NCBI GenBank assembly: GCA_028715415.1
Contig: JAQURX010000005.1
Span: 43-64,042 of the forward strand
DNA from: Candidatus Omnitrophota bacterium
GTDB taxonomy: Bacteria > Omnitrophota > Gorgyraeia > Gygaellales > Profunditerraquicolaceae
Length of the DNA: 64,000 bases
Direction of reading: 5' to 3'
Shown here: positions 9,038 through 17,702 of the stretch, one piece after another
Position numbering within the stretch: the stretch's first letter is position 1
Layout: each line of letters starts with the position of its first letter
The notes under the pieces: generated by a model
Database searches by the model: none
What the model saw: the letters and a program-made list of their open reading frames with translations, nothing else
Told to the model about the DNA's origin: nothing
Program-made: the position numbers and the translations under genes

Positions 9038-10276
9038 TTAATTTTCCGTAAATTTTTCGAGGATACAGGCGCTATTGTATCCTCCTGGGCCAAAAGAAGT
9101 AATTAATGCAATCTTTACGTCTTTTTTCTCCCCTTTGTTAGGAACACAGTTGATTTCGCACTCCGGGTCTTTTTCTTCATAGTTTATTGTCGGTGGAATA
9201 ATTCCACGCTGCATTGCTCCTATGCAAGAAGCAACCTGAAGAGCACCTGAAGCTGCAAAAGTTTCACCAATCATGGACTTAATTGAACTAACTGGGATGT
9301 CTCTTAATTCTTTTCCAAAGATTTTATTAAGGACTTTTACCTCTGTTTTATCCAAATCCTGAGTTGAATTAGCGCAGCTTGAGATATAGTCTATATCTTT
9401 AATGTCGATTCCCGCTTCTTTAATTGCTTGAATTATTGCGATCTCAAGGCCTTCTCCTTGCGGGTTAATCGTTCCCATCTTACTCGCGTCAAAATAATTA
9501 CAAACACTTTTAATTTTAGCGTAAATATTAGCGCCTCGTTCCCTTGCCCTATCCTTTTCTTCTAGAGAAAAAACACAGGCAGCTTCTCCTAGTATAGGGC
9601 CATTTCTTTTTTTGTCAAAGGGGCAGCTTAATTCTTTTCCGTTTAACCCGGCCATGTAGCCAAGTTTTTGTAAGCCCATAAATAATGATGAGGTTAAAGT
9701 TTCGACACCTGCAGAGAAAATAATTTCTGCTTTGTTTGTTTTCAGGGCGTCTATGGAGTATTTCAACGCGGCAAGGCCCGAACAAAACCCCGTGCTCACT
9801 GTTGCATTAAAGCCTTGTATATTAAAACGGATTGAAACTTGAGAAGAAGCTGCGTTCATTACTGTTGAGGGGAAAAGCGCCGGGCTTGCGAATTCTATGC
9901 CTTCGGTAAATACTTCTTTGTCAAATTCCGTAATAGACCATAAATGCGGAAAGGTTGTCCCTGTGCAAACGCCGAATTTATCCGTATTCTCATCTGTTAT
10001 TTCAATTTTAGCATCGTCAATGGCAAGTTTTGCCGCTGATATTAAAAATAATGCGCTTCTATCTAAATTCCTCAAACCCTTAGCGCCTAAGATTTCTTTT
10101 GGATCAAAGTTTTTAGCTTCGCAGGCAGATTTTACTTTAAATTCATCTGTGTTGAAGAAAGAAATCTGTGTTGATGAATTTAAGCCGTTTTCAAGAGCCT
10201 GCCAGAACTCAGCCTTACCGATTCCGTTCGGGGCAATTACCCCAATTCCTGTAATAACAGTTTCAAAGTTTTTCAT
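9038..10276 (-). CDS. Ketosynthase-like protein with Cys retained but both catalytic His replaced (C-C-E; chain-length-factor / KS0-like)
   Basis: Full thiolase/KAS fold (MKNFETVITGIGVIAPNGIG..., VSTGFCSGLAALKY) but YISSCANST replaces YINAHGTGT and KSMIGETFAASG replaces KSMxGHxxGAAG. Confidence 0.7.
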   Translation of the reverse strand: MKNFETVITGIGVIAPNGIGKAEFWQALENGLNSSTQISFFNTDEFKVKSACEAKNFDPKEILGAKGLRNLDRSALFLISAAKLAIDDAKIEITDENTDKFGVCTGTTFPHLWSITEFDKEVFTEGIEFASPALFPSTVMNAASSQVSIRFNIQGFNATVSTGFCSGLAALKYSIDALKTNKAEIIFSAGVETLTSSLFMGLQKLGYMAGLNGKELSCPFDKKRNGPILGEAACVFSLEEKDRARERGANIYAKIKSVCNYFDASKMGTINPQGEGLEIAIIQAIKEAGIDIKDIDYISSCANSTQDLDKTEVKVLNKIFGKELRDIPVSSIKSMIGETFAASGALQVASCIGAMQRGIIPPTINYEEKDPECEINCVPNKGEKKDVKIALITSFGPGGYNSACILEKFTEN

Positions 10277-10279
10277 AGT

Positions 10280-11299
10280 TTATCTTACCGGTGCATGCGG
10301 CGCCCATACCTCAAAGCCATGTTGGACCGCAATATCAGAAATTTCTTCCATTTTGTCAGAACACGAACTTTCTCCTAAATAATGATGGAATGATTTCTCT
10401 TCAAAAGTTAAAAGCATTGTTTCTGCCATAGAGGCATTAATCACGCCTTTGGGAAGCCCTAAGTCAATATTAATATCTTCCGGAAACGGAACTTTTACTA
10501 AGGTGCCGCTAATTACCGGAAGCCCTTTGCAGATGTTATTTTCTGATTTTGAATTTAAAGTAGCATCGCAAAAGATCGGCTTTTTTTCTAATTCGGAAAC
10601 CATTTTTTCTAAATTCACTTTTGAAAAATCCAGATTAATGATGATATCAGCCTCTTTAATAGCTTTATTTATATCTGGTTCTACGCAAATCATGGTATTG
10701 TTATTGTGTAAAATTGTTTCTTCTATTCTTTGTAATATTTTAGGATCATCTCCTTGCAGGATAATTTTGTTTATGCAGCTTGAAAATCGTTCCGAGCAAA
10801 GTTTGCCTATTGAGCAGTCCGCACCGATTATGACAAGGGTTAAATTATTTGTTTTTAAGCCTCTTTCTCTGCAGGTCCTATAAATAGTTTCATAAATTGC
10901 CCAAGCGGAATAATATTTTCCGTTTGTTACTGGAAGAGGAACCTTTTCTTCAATTTTTTGATGATTTTTTTCTGCCAGGTATCCTGCATATCCGCTCAAG
11001 CCTAAAAGGCTTGCTTTAAGCTGCTTTGCAATGTTACCTGCTGAGTAAATCGTGTTTAGAACGAATTCTTCATCAAGGTTTGGAGCCTCGTTGTCTAATA
11101 ATGGGCTAATGATAACATGGCCTTGTATTTCTTTTCCTTGAGTTGATTGGATACGTTTTAGATGAATTACTTTGCAAGGATAACTTCCTTTGGAGAACAT
11201 TTTCGCAAAAAAACCGGGCATGCGTTTAAATGCAGGCCAGAATCCTTTAGCTTCATCCAGATTTGTCGGGTTTACTACAAAAGCAAAGCTTTTTATCAT
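10280..11299 (-). CDS. Rossmann-fold protein resembling long-chain acyl-ACP reductase (AAR) / shikimate-DH-like family
   Basis: By recollection, similar to cyanobacterial AAR. N-terminal GKEIQGHVIISPLLDNE compares to AAR GKVIHGRYIESCFLPE. NAD fold LVIIGADCSIGKLCSERF. C-terminal ASMAETMLLTFEEKSF...EEISDIAVQHGFEV compares to AAR ACFAEAMLLEFEGW...EAIGEASVRHGFQP. Confidence 0.45.
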   Translation of the reverse strand: MIKSFAFVVNPTNLDEAKGFWPAFKRMPGFFAKMFSKGSYPCKVIHLKRIQSTQGKEIQGHVIISPLLDNEAPNLDEEFVLNTIYSAGNIAKQLKASLLGLSGYAGYLAEKNHQKIEEKVPLPVTNGKYYSAWAIYETIYRTCRERGLKTNNLTLVIIGADCSIGKLCSERFSSCINKIILQGDDPKILQRIEETILHNNNTMICVEPDINKAIKEADIIINLDFSKVNLEKMVSELEKKPIFCDATLNSKSENNICKGLPVISGTLVKVPFPEDINIDLGLPKGVINASMAETMLLTFEEKSFHHYLGESSCSDKMEEISDIAVQHGFEVWAPHAPVR

Positions 11300-11309
11300 G
11301 TTAGGTTGG

Positions 11310-11534
11310 TTAGTTTTCCTCTAAAGATGATTTTCTGCGGTCTCTTTTTGAATAATTATATTCTGATTTCTCTTTAATCCATCTTTCAATATGTTTTTTG
11401 TGGAATCTCCAGTCTGTCCCAATTTTAAAAGCCGGGAGTTTCCCTTCACGAGCGTATTTTTGTACTGTTAAAAGGTGGACATTTAAGTATTCTGCTACAT
11501 CTTTCGCTGTCCAAATTTCTTTATTCTGTGACAT
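11310..11534 (-). CDS. Helix-turn-helix DNA-binding protein, excisionase/MerR-like family
   Basis: WTAKDVAEYLNVHLLTVQKYAREGKLPAFKIGTDWRFHKKHIERW; ATG at 11534 preceded by AGTGAGGT Shine-Dalgarno 7 nt upstream. Confidence 0.6.
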   Translation of the reverse strand: MSQNKEIWTAKDVAEYLNVHLLTVQKYAREGKLPAFKIGTDWRFHKKHIERWIKEKSEYNYSKRDRRKSSLEEN

Positions 11535-11570
11535 ATTTAACCTCACTTTAGCATATTTACACTTGCTATA

Positions 11571-11599
11571 AATATACTATCAAAACCATGACTTGTCAA
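11571..11599 (-). promoter_or_regulatory. Sigma70-like promoter (TTGACA -17- TATATT) driving the HTH/biosynthetic cluster
   Basis: Minus-strand read: cTTTATTGACAagtcatggttttgatagTATATTtatagcAagtg; -35 at 11594-11599, -10 at 11571-11576; about 30 nt upstream of the HTH start. Confidence 0.45.
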
Positions 11600-11620
11600 T
11601 AAAGAATTTAGGGACAAAAT

Positions 11621-11690
11621 AAAGGGGACGGTTCTATTTTTTTTGGTTTTCTTGACCGTAAAAATAGAACCGTCCCCTTTATTTACCTTT
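11621..11690 (-). terminator. Rho-independent terminator (18-21 bp perfect stem, T-tract); potentially bidirectional
   Basis: ggggacggttctattttt (11624-11641) pairs perfectly with aaaaatagaaccgtcccc (11660-11677), 18-nt loop. On the minus strand it is followed by tttattttg, immediately after the stop of the lipoyl-domain gene. Confidence 0.7.
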
Positions 11691-11921
11691 TTAATCTATA
11701 ATTGCTAAAGTGTCTCCAACGTTAACAGTATCTCCTTCCTGAAACATGATATCGGAGATAGTTCCGGTAGCTGGACTGGGAAGATTGAATGTAGCTTTAT
11801 CGGTTGCAAATTCAACAAGGTCGTCTTTTTCGCTTACCTTGTCTCCTAATTTAAAAAACCAGTAGGAAAGGGTTGCTTTTGTGATTCCTTCTCCTAATTC
11901 CGGAAGAACTACTTTAACCAT
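11691..11921 (-). CDS. Standalone lipoyl (biotinyl/lipoyl attachment) domain protein, E2-type
   Basis: About 76 aa with LPELGEGITKATL...EFATDKATFNLPSPATGTI lipoyl-lysine motif; ATG at 11921 has a strong AGGGAGGA Shine-Dalgarno 6 nt upstream. Confidence 0.7.
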   Translation of the reverse strand: MVKVVLPELGEGITKATLSYWFFKLGDKVSEKDDLVEFATDKATFNLPSPATGTISDIMFQEGDTVNVGDTLAIID

Positions 11922-11973
11922 GGTATCCTCCCTGGGCACCAGCCCGCCCTGTTTCATCCGATAGAAACAGGGG

Positions 11974-12717
11974 TCATAGTATTGGGGGTAAGCGTCTTCT
12001 TAGCCCCAGTTTATTAATTGATGTTGTTGTTAAACTTGCAGTTGAAAAAACCGCATTAAATTCCGGAAAAATCTCACAGTTGGGTTCTTCAGGCAGCGTA
12101 TTGTTAAATTTAGCAGCAATTTTATCTTTTAATTCTTTGATTTGCATGGAAGCTCCTAATTCAGCTTCTAAACAAGTCATTTTAATATCCATTCCACACG
12201 GCCTGATTAAATTAAAGTTTTCTAAATCAAATTTCTTAATATTGATACTAAGGCCGTGGAAACTTATCCAGTTTTTAATTGATATCCCGATTGAGGCGAT
12301 TTTCTTATCTTGAACCCATACGCCGGTTAATCCGGGACGCCTTACTCCGTTAATTCCCATTTCACAAAGTATATCCATGATAGTTTCTTCAAGGTATCTT
12401 AAGAAAAGGTGAATGTCTTTTTTGAAATATTTAAGGCTGAATATGGGATAAACTGTCAGCTGCCCGGGGCCATGATAGGTTATATCTCCTCCGCGCGTTG
12501 ATTCAATAACTTGAATTTTTTTTGCTTTTACTTCTTCCGGAGGAGCTACTAAATTTTGCCTGGAGCCTGCCCTGCCGATTGTAATCACCGGATTATGCTG
12601 GCAAAAAATAAGTGCAAGCGGATAATCTTCATTTTTTACAGCTGTGTGGGTTTGTGTTTGAAAGGCTAAAGCCTTATTGTAGTCAATCAAGCCTAAATCA
12701 AAGATTTTAACTTGCAT
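11974..12717 (-). CDS. lipB: Lipoyl(octanoyl) transferase LipB
   Basis: IFCQHNPVITIGRAG...GGDITYHGPGQLTVYPI...KIASIGISIKNWISFHG. Confidence 0.8.
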   Translation of the reverse strand: MQVKIFDLGLIDYNKALAFQTQTHTAVKNEDYPLALIFCQHNPVITIGRAGSRQNLVAPPEEVKAKKIQVIESTRGGDITYHGPGQLTVYPIFSLKYFKKDIHLFLRYLEETIMDILCEMGINGVRRPGLTGVWVQDKKIASIGISIKNWISFHGLSINIKKFDLENFNLIRPCGMDIKMTCLEAELGASMQIKELKDKIAAKFNNTLPEEPNCEIFPEFNAVFSTASLTTTSINKLGLRRRLPPIL

Positions 12718-12719
12718 TT

Positions 12720-14009
12720 TTATTTGATTGCGTCGTGGATTGCTTCTGACACTGTCGGGTGTGCAAAGATTATATTCTTTAAATTTGCTGTTGTGAAATG
12801 ATTAGAAATTGCTAGTGCTAAAATTCCAATTAGCTCTGTTGAGCGAGGCCCGATTAATGAGCTTCCTAAGATTTCTTTTGATTGCTTATGGGAGATAATC
12901 TTTATAAAGCCTTCTGTTTCATCTAAGATTCGCGCCATGCCGTTTCCAAGGAAATCAAATCTATCAATATTAATTTCAATCTTTTTCTCTTTGGCTTCAG
13001 CTTCTTTTAGCCCTACGCTTGCAATTTCAGGATCTGTAAAAATACAATTAGGCACAGTCGTGTTATCCGCTTTTTGCAAATTTCCTTCGGTAACAGCGTT
13101 TGAAGCGGCGAGAATCCCTTGATAAGAAGCATAGTGGGCCAACATGATTTTTCCTGTGCAATCTCCGCAAGCAAAAACTTTCGGATTACTTGTCTGTAGG
13201 TAGTCATTAATAATAACTTTACCTTTTTGCATTTTGATTCCCAATTCTTCAAGTCCAAGGCCGTAGGTATCAGGAGTTCTGCCTACGCAAACCAAAATTT
13301 TACTAATTCCTTTAAGGTCCAAATCTTTAGCATCAGTATTAGTACAGACTTTAATCCCCTTTTTCTTAAAGATCGTTTCTAACTTTTTGGCAATCTCAGC
13401 GTCTTCTTCGGGTAACAGAAAAGGCATCTTTTCAACTAGCGTGACTTTTACTCCTAAATTGTTAAATAAACTGGCGAATTCACAGCCGATTACTCCTCCT
13501 CCGATAATTAAGAGTGATGCTGGAATCTCGTTTAGATTAAGCAAATCGTCGCTTGAAAGCACATTCTTACCGTCAAATTTGAAAATCGGCAATTCCATCG
13601 GTTTTGATCCGGTAGCAATGATTAATTTCTTAGTTTCAATTATCTTTTCATTTACTTTAATTCTTTCAGGGGATAATAATTGAGCCTCCCCATTTAATAA
13701 ATCAATCCCCTGGAGCATAAATTGCATTCCTTGGGTGAGCTGTTGGACTATTTTATTTTTTCTTTCCTGGATTTTTGCGAAATTAAAGCTACAGTTGGTT
13801 AAATCTACTCCGAATATGGAAGATTTTTTGGCAAGAGAATATATTTTTGCGCTTTGGATTAAAGCTTTAGTGGGAATGCAGCCGCAGTTAAGGCAGGTGC
13901 CTCCTATTTTTGATTTTTCAATGAGGCATACTTTAGCCCCAAGTTTTTTTGCTTTGATGCTTGCGTTAAACCCAGCCCATCCTGCGCCGATTACAACAAT
14001 GTCATACAT
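12720..14009 (-). CDS. lpdA: Dihydrolipoyl dehydrogenase-family pyridine nucleotide-disulfide oxidoreductase (E3)
   Basis: YDIVVIGAGWAGFNAS, redox-active GGTCLNCGCIPTKAL, C-terminal HPTVSE dimer-interface motif. Confidence 0.75.
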   Translation of the reverse strand: MYDIVVIGAGWAGFNASIKAKKLGAKVCLIEKSKIGGTCLNCGCIPTKALIQSAKIYSLAKKSSIFGVDLTNCSFNFAKIQERKNKIVQQLTQGMQFMLQGIDLLNGEAQLLSPERIKVNEKIIETKKLIIATGSKPMELPIFKFDGKNVLSSDDLLNLNEIPASLLIIGGGVIGCEFASLFNNLGVKVTLVEKMPFLLPEEDAEIAKKLETIFKKKGIKVCTNTDAKDLDLKGISKILVCVGRTPDTYGLGLEELGIKMQKGKVIINDYLQTSNPKVFACGDCTGKIMLAHYASYQGILAASNAVTEGNLQKADNTTVPNCIFTDPEIASVGLKEAEAKEKKIEINIDRFDFLGNGMARILDETEGFIKIISHKQSKEILGSSLIGPRSTELIGILALAISNHFTTANLKNIIFAHPTVSEAIHDAIK

Positions 14010-14016
14010 TATAAAT

Positions 14017-14937
14017 TTAAAGAGGTAATTGTGCGGTTAATTTACGAATACTCTCAGCTGAAGCGATAAATTTGTCTTTTTCTTCTTTATTAAGATCAAG
14101 CTCAATAACTTTTTCAATCCCGTCTTTTCCGATCCTGCAGGGAACTCCAAGGCAGACGTCTTTAATGCCATACTCTCCATTCAAGCTGGCACAAACGCCA
14201 ATAGTCCGTTTTTCATTCTTAACTATTGTTTTTACGATATCAGCGATTGCAGCAGATGGAGCATAATATGCGCTACCCGATCCCAAATTAGAAACAATCT
14301 CCAAGCCTCTGCCTATTGTCCGATTGATTAAAGTTTCTAGCTTAGCTTTATCTACAAATTCGTCTAACGCAATGCCATTAATTTTTGTAAATCTTGCTAA
14401 AGGAAGCATTGCTTCTCCATGGCTTCCAATAACGCAAGCCTCAACGCTTGTTTGAGGAACTTTTAATTCTAAAGCAATGAGGTTTGCAAAACGCGCGGAA
14501 TCAAGGCCGATCCCCATACCGAAAACTTTATTATTCTTAAATCCGGTTTGCTTTAAAGCAAAAAAAGTCATTAAATCCAAAGGATTGGTAACTACAATTA
14601 GTATCGCCTCTTTTGCCAGATTTTTAATATTAATTGAAACATCTTTGATGATCTGGGCATTTTTAGCCAGGAGCTCTTCTCTGGTCATTCCGGGCTTACG
14701 TGCAAGGCCGGCAGTCATAACGACAATGTCAGAGTCTTTTATCTGCGTAATGTCATCACTTCCTGTGATATTGTAGTTTTGTTTTAAAATCGGGCGGGCA
14801 TCTTCTAAGTCAAGCGCTTTTCCGTGAGCTAAGCCTTTAAGGATATCAACGATTAAAATATCGCCTACACCCTCTTGAGCTAAGCGCATAGCGGTTGTGC
14901 TTCCCACATTCCCAGCACCAATAATACTGATTTTCAT
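14017..14937 (-). CDS. mdh: Malate dehydrogenase (LDH-like family, Arg at the substrate-specificity position)
   Basis: [16 protein letters not shown]...[14 protein letters not shown]...[11 protein letters not shown]. Confidence 0.8.
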   Translation of the reverse strand: MKISIIGAGNVGSTTAMRLAQEGVGDILIVDILKGLAHGKALDLEDARPILKQNYNITGSDDITQIKDSDIVVMTAGLARKPGMTREELLAKNAQIIKDVSINIKNLAKEAILIVVTNPLDLMTFFALKQTGFKNNKVFGMGIGLDSARFANLIALELKVPQTSVEACVIGSHGEAMLPLARFTKINGIALDEFVDKAKLETLINRTIGRGLEIVSNLGSGSAYYAPSAAIADIVKTIVKNEKRTIGVCASLNGEYGIKDVCLGVPCRIGKDGIEKVIELDLNKEEKDKFIASAESIRKLTAQLPL

Positions 14938-16025
14938 AGTTTTTCTTTAATTTTTTTGATAATAGCATCAGCCATTTCTTGAGTGCCGACGCTGCCTGGA
15001 TCATCTCTGTGCGGTTTTAAATCATAAGTAACATCTTTACCTTCTTTTAAAACATCTTTTATTGCGTTTTCAAGTGTATCAGCAGCTTTATTCTCTTTTA
15101 AATATCTTAACATCAATACGCCTGATAAAATCATCGCAGTAGGATTAACTTTATTAAGCCCTGCGTATTTTGGAGCCGAGCCATGAACTGCTTCAAAAAC
15201 TGCTACATCATCCCCTATGTTTGCTCCCGGGGCAATTCCTAATCCTCCGATTAACCCTGCGCAAAGGTCGGAAAGAATATCCCCATAAAGGTTTGGAAGG
15301 ACCAGTACATCGTAATCATTTGGTTTCTGCACTAATTGCATGGCCATATTATCAACCAGTGCTTCTTGAAATTCTATCTTTCCTTCGTATTTTTTTGCAA
15401 CTTCCCGGGCAACTTTAAGGAATAAACCATCAGTAAATTTCATAATATTCGCTTTCTGAATTACTGTAATTTTTTTTCTATTGTTCTCTAATGCGTATTC
15501 AAAAGCGAACTTTACGATTCTTTCTGTGGCAAATCTTGAGATAGGCTTAATGGAAATACCTGATCCGGGGCGGATTTTTTTCTTGCTAAAAGTTTCTATC
15601 TTTTCTATAAGTTCTTTGGTTTCAGGTTTGCCTTCTTCAAATTCAATCCCCGCATATAAATCTTCACTGTTCTCTCTTACAATTAAAAGGTTGATATCTT
15701 TAAAATTGCTTTTTACTCCGATGTAAGTTTTTGCCGGCCGGACGCAGGCATAAAGATCCAAAGCTTGGCGTATGGCAACATTGACTGAGCGAAAACCTGT
15801 GCCGATAGGAGTTGTAATCGGGCCTTTAAGAGCAACTTTATTTTCTTTAACCGAATCAAGTGTTGCTTGCGGTAGGAGTTCGCCAGTTTTTTCTAAGGCA
15901 GCTTGCCCAGCTAAAGCTTCAACCCACTCTATTTTTACATTTGTTGCATCAATGCACCTTTTCGCAGCAAGGGCAACTTCTGGGCCGATACCATCACCGG
16001 GAATCAGGGTAACTTTATGATTCAT
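14934..16025 (-). CDS. Beta-decarboxylating dehydrogenase, isocitrate/homoisocitrate dehydrogenase-like (NAD-IDH type)
   Basis: [11 protein letters not shown]...[33 protein letters not shown] matches IDH rather than the LeuB signature; 363 aa. Confidence 0.7.
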   Translation of the reverse strand: MNHKVTLIPGDGIGPEVALAAKRCIDATNVKIEWVEALAGQAALEKTGELLPQATLDSVKENKVALKGPITTPIGTGFRSVNVAIRQALDLYACVRPAKTYIGVKSNFKDINLLIVRENSEDLYAGIEFEEGKPETKELIEKIETFSKKKIRPGSGISIKPISRFATERIVKFAFEYALENNRKKITVIQKANIMKFTDGLFLKVAREVAKKYEGKIEFQEALVDNMAMQLVQKPNDYDVLVLPNLYGDILSDLCAGLIGGLGIAPGANIGDDVAVFEAVHGSAPKYAGLNKVNPTAMILSGVLMLRYLKENKAADTLENAIKDVLKEGKDVTYDLKPHRDDPGSVGTQEMADAIIKKIKEKL

Positions 16026-16526
16026 CTAGACCTTTAATTCCTTATATTTCTTGAAATAATTAACTACTCCGCCTTCTTCTAATAATTTCTGCATAAATGC
16101 AGGTAGAGGTTTAATCTTAAATTCTATATTCTTACTTGTATTTTTTACAATACCGTTATCTAAGTCAACTTCAAGGATGTCAAACTCATTAATCTTATCA
16201 GTATCCAGTTCAATCAAGAGAAGGCCGATATTAAATGCATTGCGGTAGAAAATCCGGGCAAAAGATTTCGCTACTACTGCTACTATCCCCGATTCTTTAA
16301 TAACTAAAGGCGCTTGTTCTCTTGACGAGCCCATTCCGAAATTCTTACCGGCAACGATTATTGATTTTCCGGGTGTAATCTTTGAAGGGAAGCTCGGGTC
16401 AATATCTTCCATGATATGTTTCGCGAGCTCCTTAATATCAGTAATTGCGAATTTATAACGCCCGGAAATAATAAAATCCGTGTTAATGTTATCTCCTAAT
16501 TTTATTGCTTTGCCGTCAAATTTCAT
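16026..16526 (-). CDS. leuD: 3-isopropylmalate dehydratase/homoaconitase small subunit (short LeuD type)
   Basis: 166 aa, IKLGDNINTDFIISGRY...; AAAGGA Shine-Dalgarno upstream. Confidence 0.75.
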   Translation of the reverse strand: MKFDGKAIKLGDNINTDFIISGRYKFAITDIKELAKHIMEDIDPSFPSKITPGKSIIVAGKNFGMGSSREQAPLVIKESGIVAVVAKSFARIFYRNAFNIGLLLIELDTDKINEFDILEVDLDNGIVKNTSKNIEFKIKPLPAFMQKLLEEGGVVNYFKKYKELKV

Positions 16527-16547
16527 TTTAAGTATCCTTTACTCATC

Positions 16548-16633
16548 TGTCATTCCCGCCCCTGTTTCCACAGGGGTAAACTCCAGCGGGAATCTATGTT
16601 ACATCCTGGATCCCTGCTTTCGCAGGGATGACA
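16548..16633. repeat. Repeat locus: unit B' + hairpin H2 between pilT and leuD
   Basis: tgtcattcccg cccctgtttccacagggg taaactccag cgggaatctatg ... ctggatccctgcTTTCgcagggatgaca. The inner stem shows compensatory g>t/c>a relative to the 7504 copy. Confidence 0.8.
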
Positions 16634-16640
16634 ACTTTTT

Positions 16641-17687
16641 TTAGAGCTGTTTAAATTCGTCTAGATTCTTTACTTTTGACATTGCCACGTCTAAGGTTAT
16701 TAATCCTTTTTGAGTCAGTTCCTTTAATGACTTATCCATGGTTTTCATTCCGAATTGAGATCCGGTTTGCATGATTGTCGGGATTTGCTCAATTTCCTGT
16801 TCACGGATTAAATTTCTAATTGCAGGAGTTGCAACCATGATTTCATTTGCCATAACACGGCCTTTGCCTGAAGCATGCGGAAGCAATAACTGGGAAACAA
16901 CTGCCTGTAATGAGTCTGCTAGCTGCAATTTTACCTGCATCTGTTGGTGTGGAGGGAAAACATCTATAATTCTTTGAACTGTCTGAGGAGCATCAGGGGT
17001 ATGTAATGTTGCCAAAACCAAGTGCCCGGTTTCTGCTGCTGTTAAAGTAGTGGAGATTGTTTCAAGGTCACGCATCTCTCCTACTATGATTACGTTAGGA
17101 TCCTGCCTTAAAGCTCGTTTCAGGGATTCAGCAAATGAATGCGTGTCAGCGTAAACTTCTCTCTGCTTGATAACACTCTTTTTATTACTGAAAACAAATT
17201 CAATAGGGTCTTCAATAGAAACTATTAAACACTCTCTTTCATTATTAATCTGGTCTATCATGGCGGCAAGGGTAGTAGTTTTACCCATGCCGGTTGGCCC
17301 AGTAACAAGGACTAAGCCGTTTGGACGGCGAGCTAACTCAGGAATAATTGCTGGAAGGCCAAGGCTTTCCATAGTAGGGATAACTAAAGGCACACGCCTG
17401 CAGGCTGCTTCAACAGAGCCTTTTTGCATGTGGATATTGACTCTGAACCTGTCCAAATCCGGAAGCGCTAAAGAAAAGTCCAGCTCAAGGTCTCTTTCAA
17501 ACATTTCTTTTTGCGTATTTGTCAAAATGCCGTAAATCATTTTCTTAAGAGTGTCTTTGGACATGACAGGAAGGGTTGTGCGGTTTAATTTTCCATCAAT
17601 ACGCAGGATTGGAGGTTCGTTTTCTGTTAAGTGCAGGTCTGAAGCCTGTTTTTCTATACACATTACAAGCAGATCTCTTATCTCCAT
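16641..17687 (-). CDS. pilT: Type IV pilus retraction ATPase PilT
   Basis: 348 aa; MEIRDLL...ASDLHL..., Walker A VTGPTGMGKTTT, His-box and PilT C-terminal motifs. Confidence 0.8.
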   Translation of the reverse strand: MEIRDLLVMCIEKQASDLHLTENEPPILRIDGKLNRTTLPVMSKDTLKKMIYGILTNTQKEMFERDLELDFSLALPDLDRFRVNIHMQKGSVEAACRRVPLVIPTMESLGLPAIIPELARRPNGLVLVTGPTGMGKTTTLAAMIDQINNERECLIVSIEDPIEFVFSNKKSVIKQREVYADTHSFAESLKRALRQDPNVIIVGEMRDLETISTTLTAAETGHLVLATLHTPDAPQTVQRIIDVFPPHQQMQVKLQLADSLQAVVSQLLLPHASGKGRVMANEIMVATPAIRNLIREQEIEQIPTIMQTGSQFGMKTMDKSLKELTQKGLITLDVAMSKVKNLDEFKQL

Positions 17688-17702
17688 TCTAGTCCTCTCT
17701 TT

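Noticed and set aside
9037-9093. Extended fabG start (MAQEDTIAPV...) overlapping the KS-like gene by 56 nt
   Set aside because: The internal ATG at 9036 (MNELKGKIAIVTGG) gives the conserved SDR N-terminus and removes the overlap.
11310-11546. The excisionase-family HTH protein as the marker of a prophage or integrative element
   Set aside because: No integrase, recombinase, att-like direct repeats or phage genes are present in the flanks. A small regulatory HTH protein is more parsimonious, although horizontal acquisition of the cluster itself remains possible.
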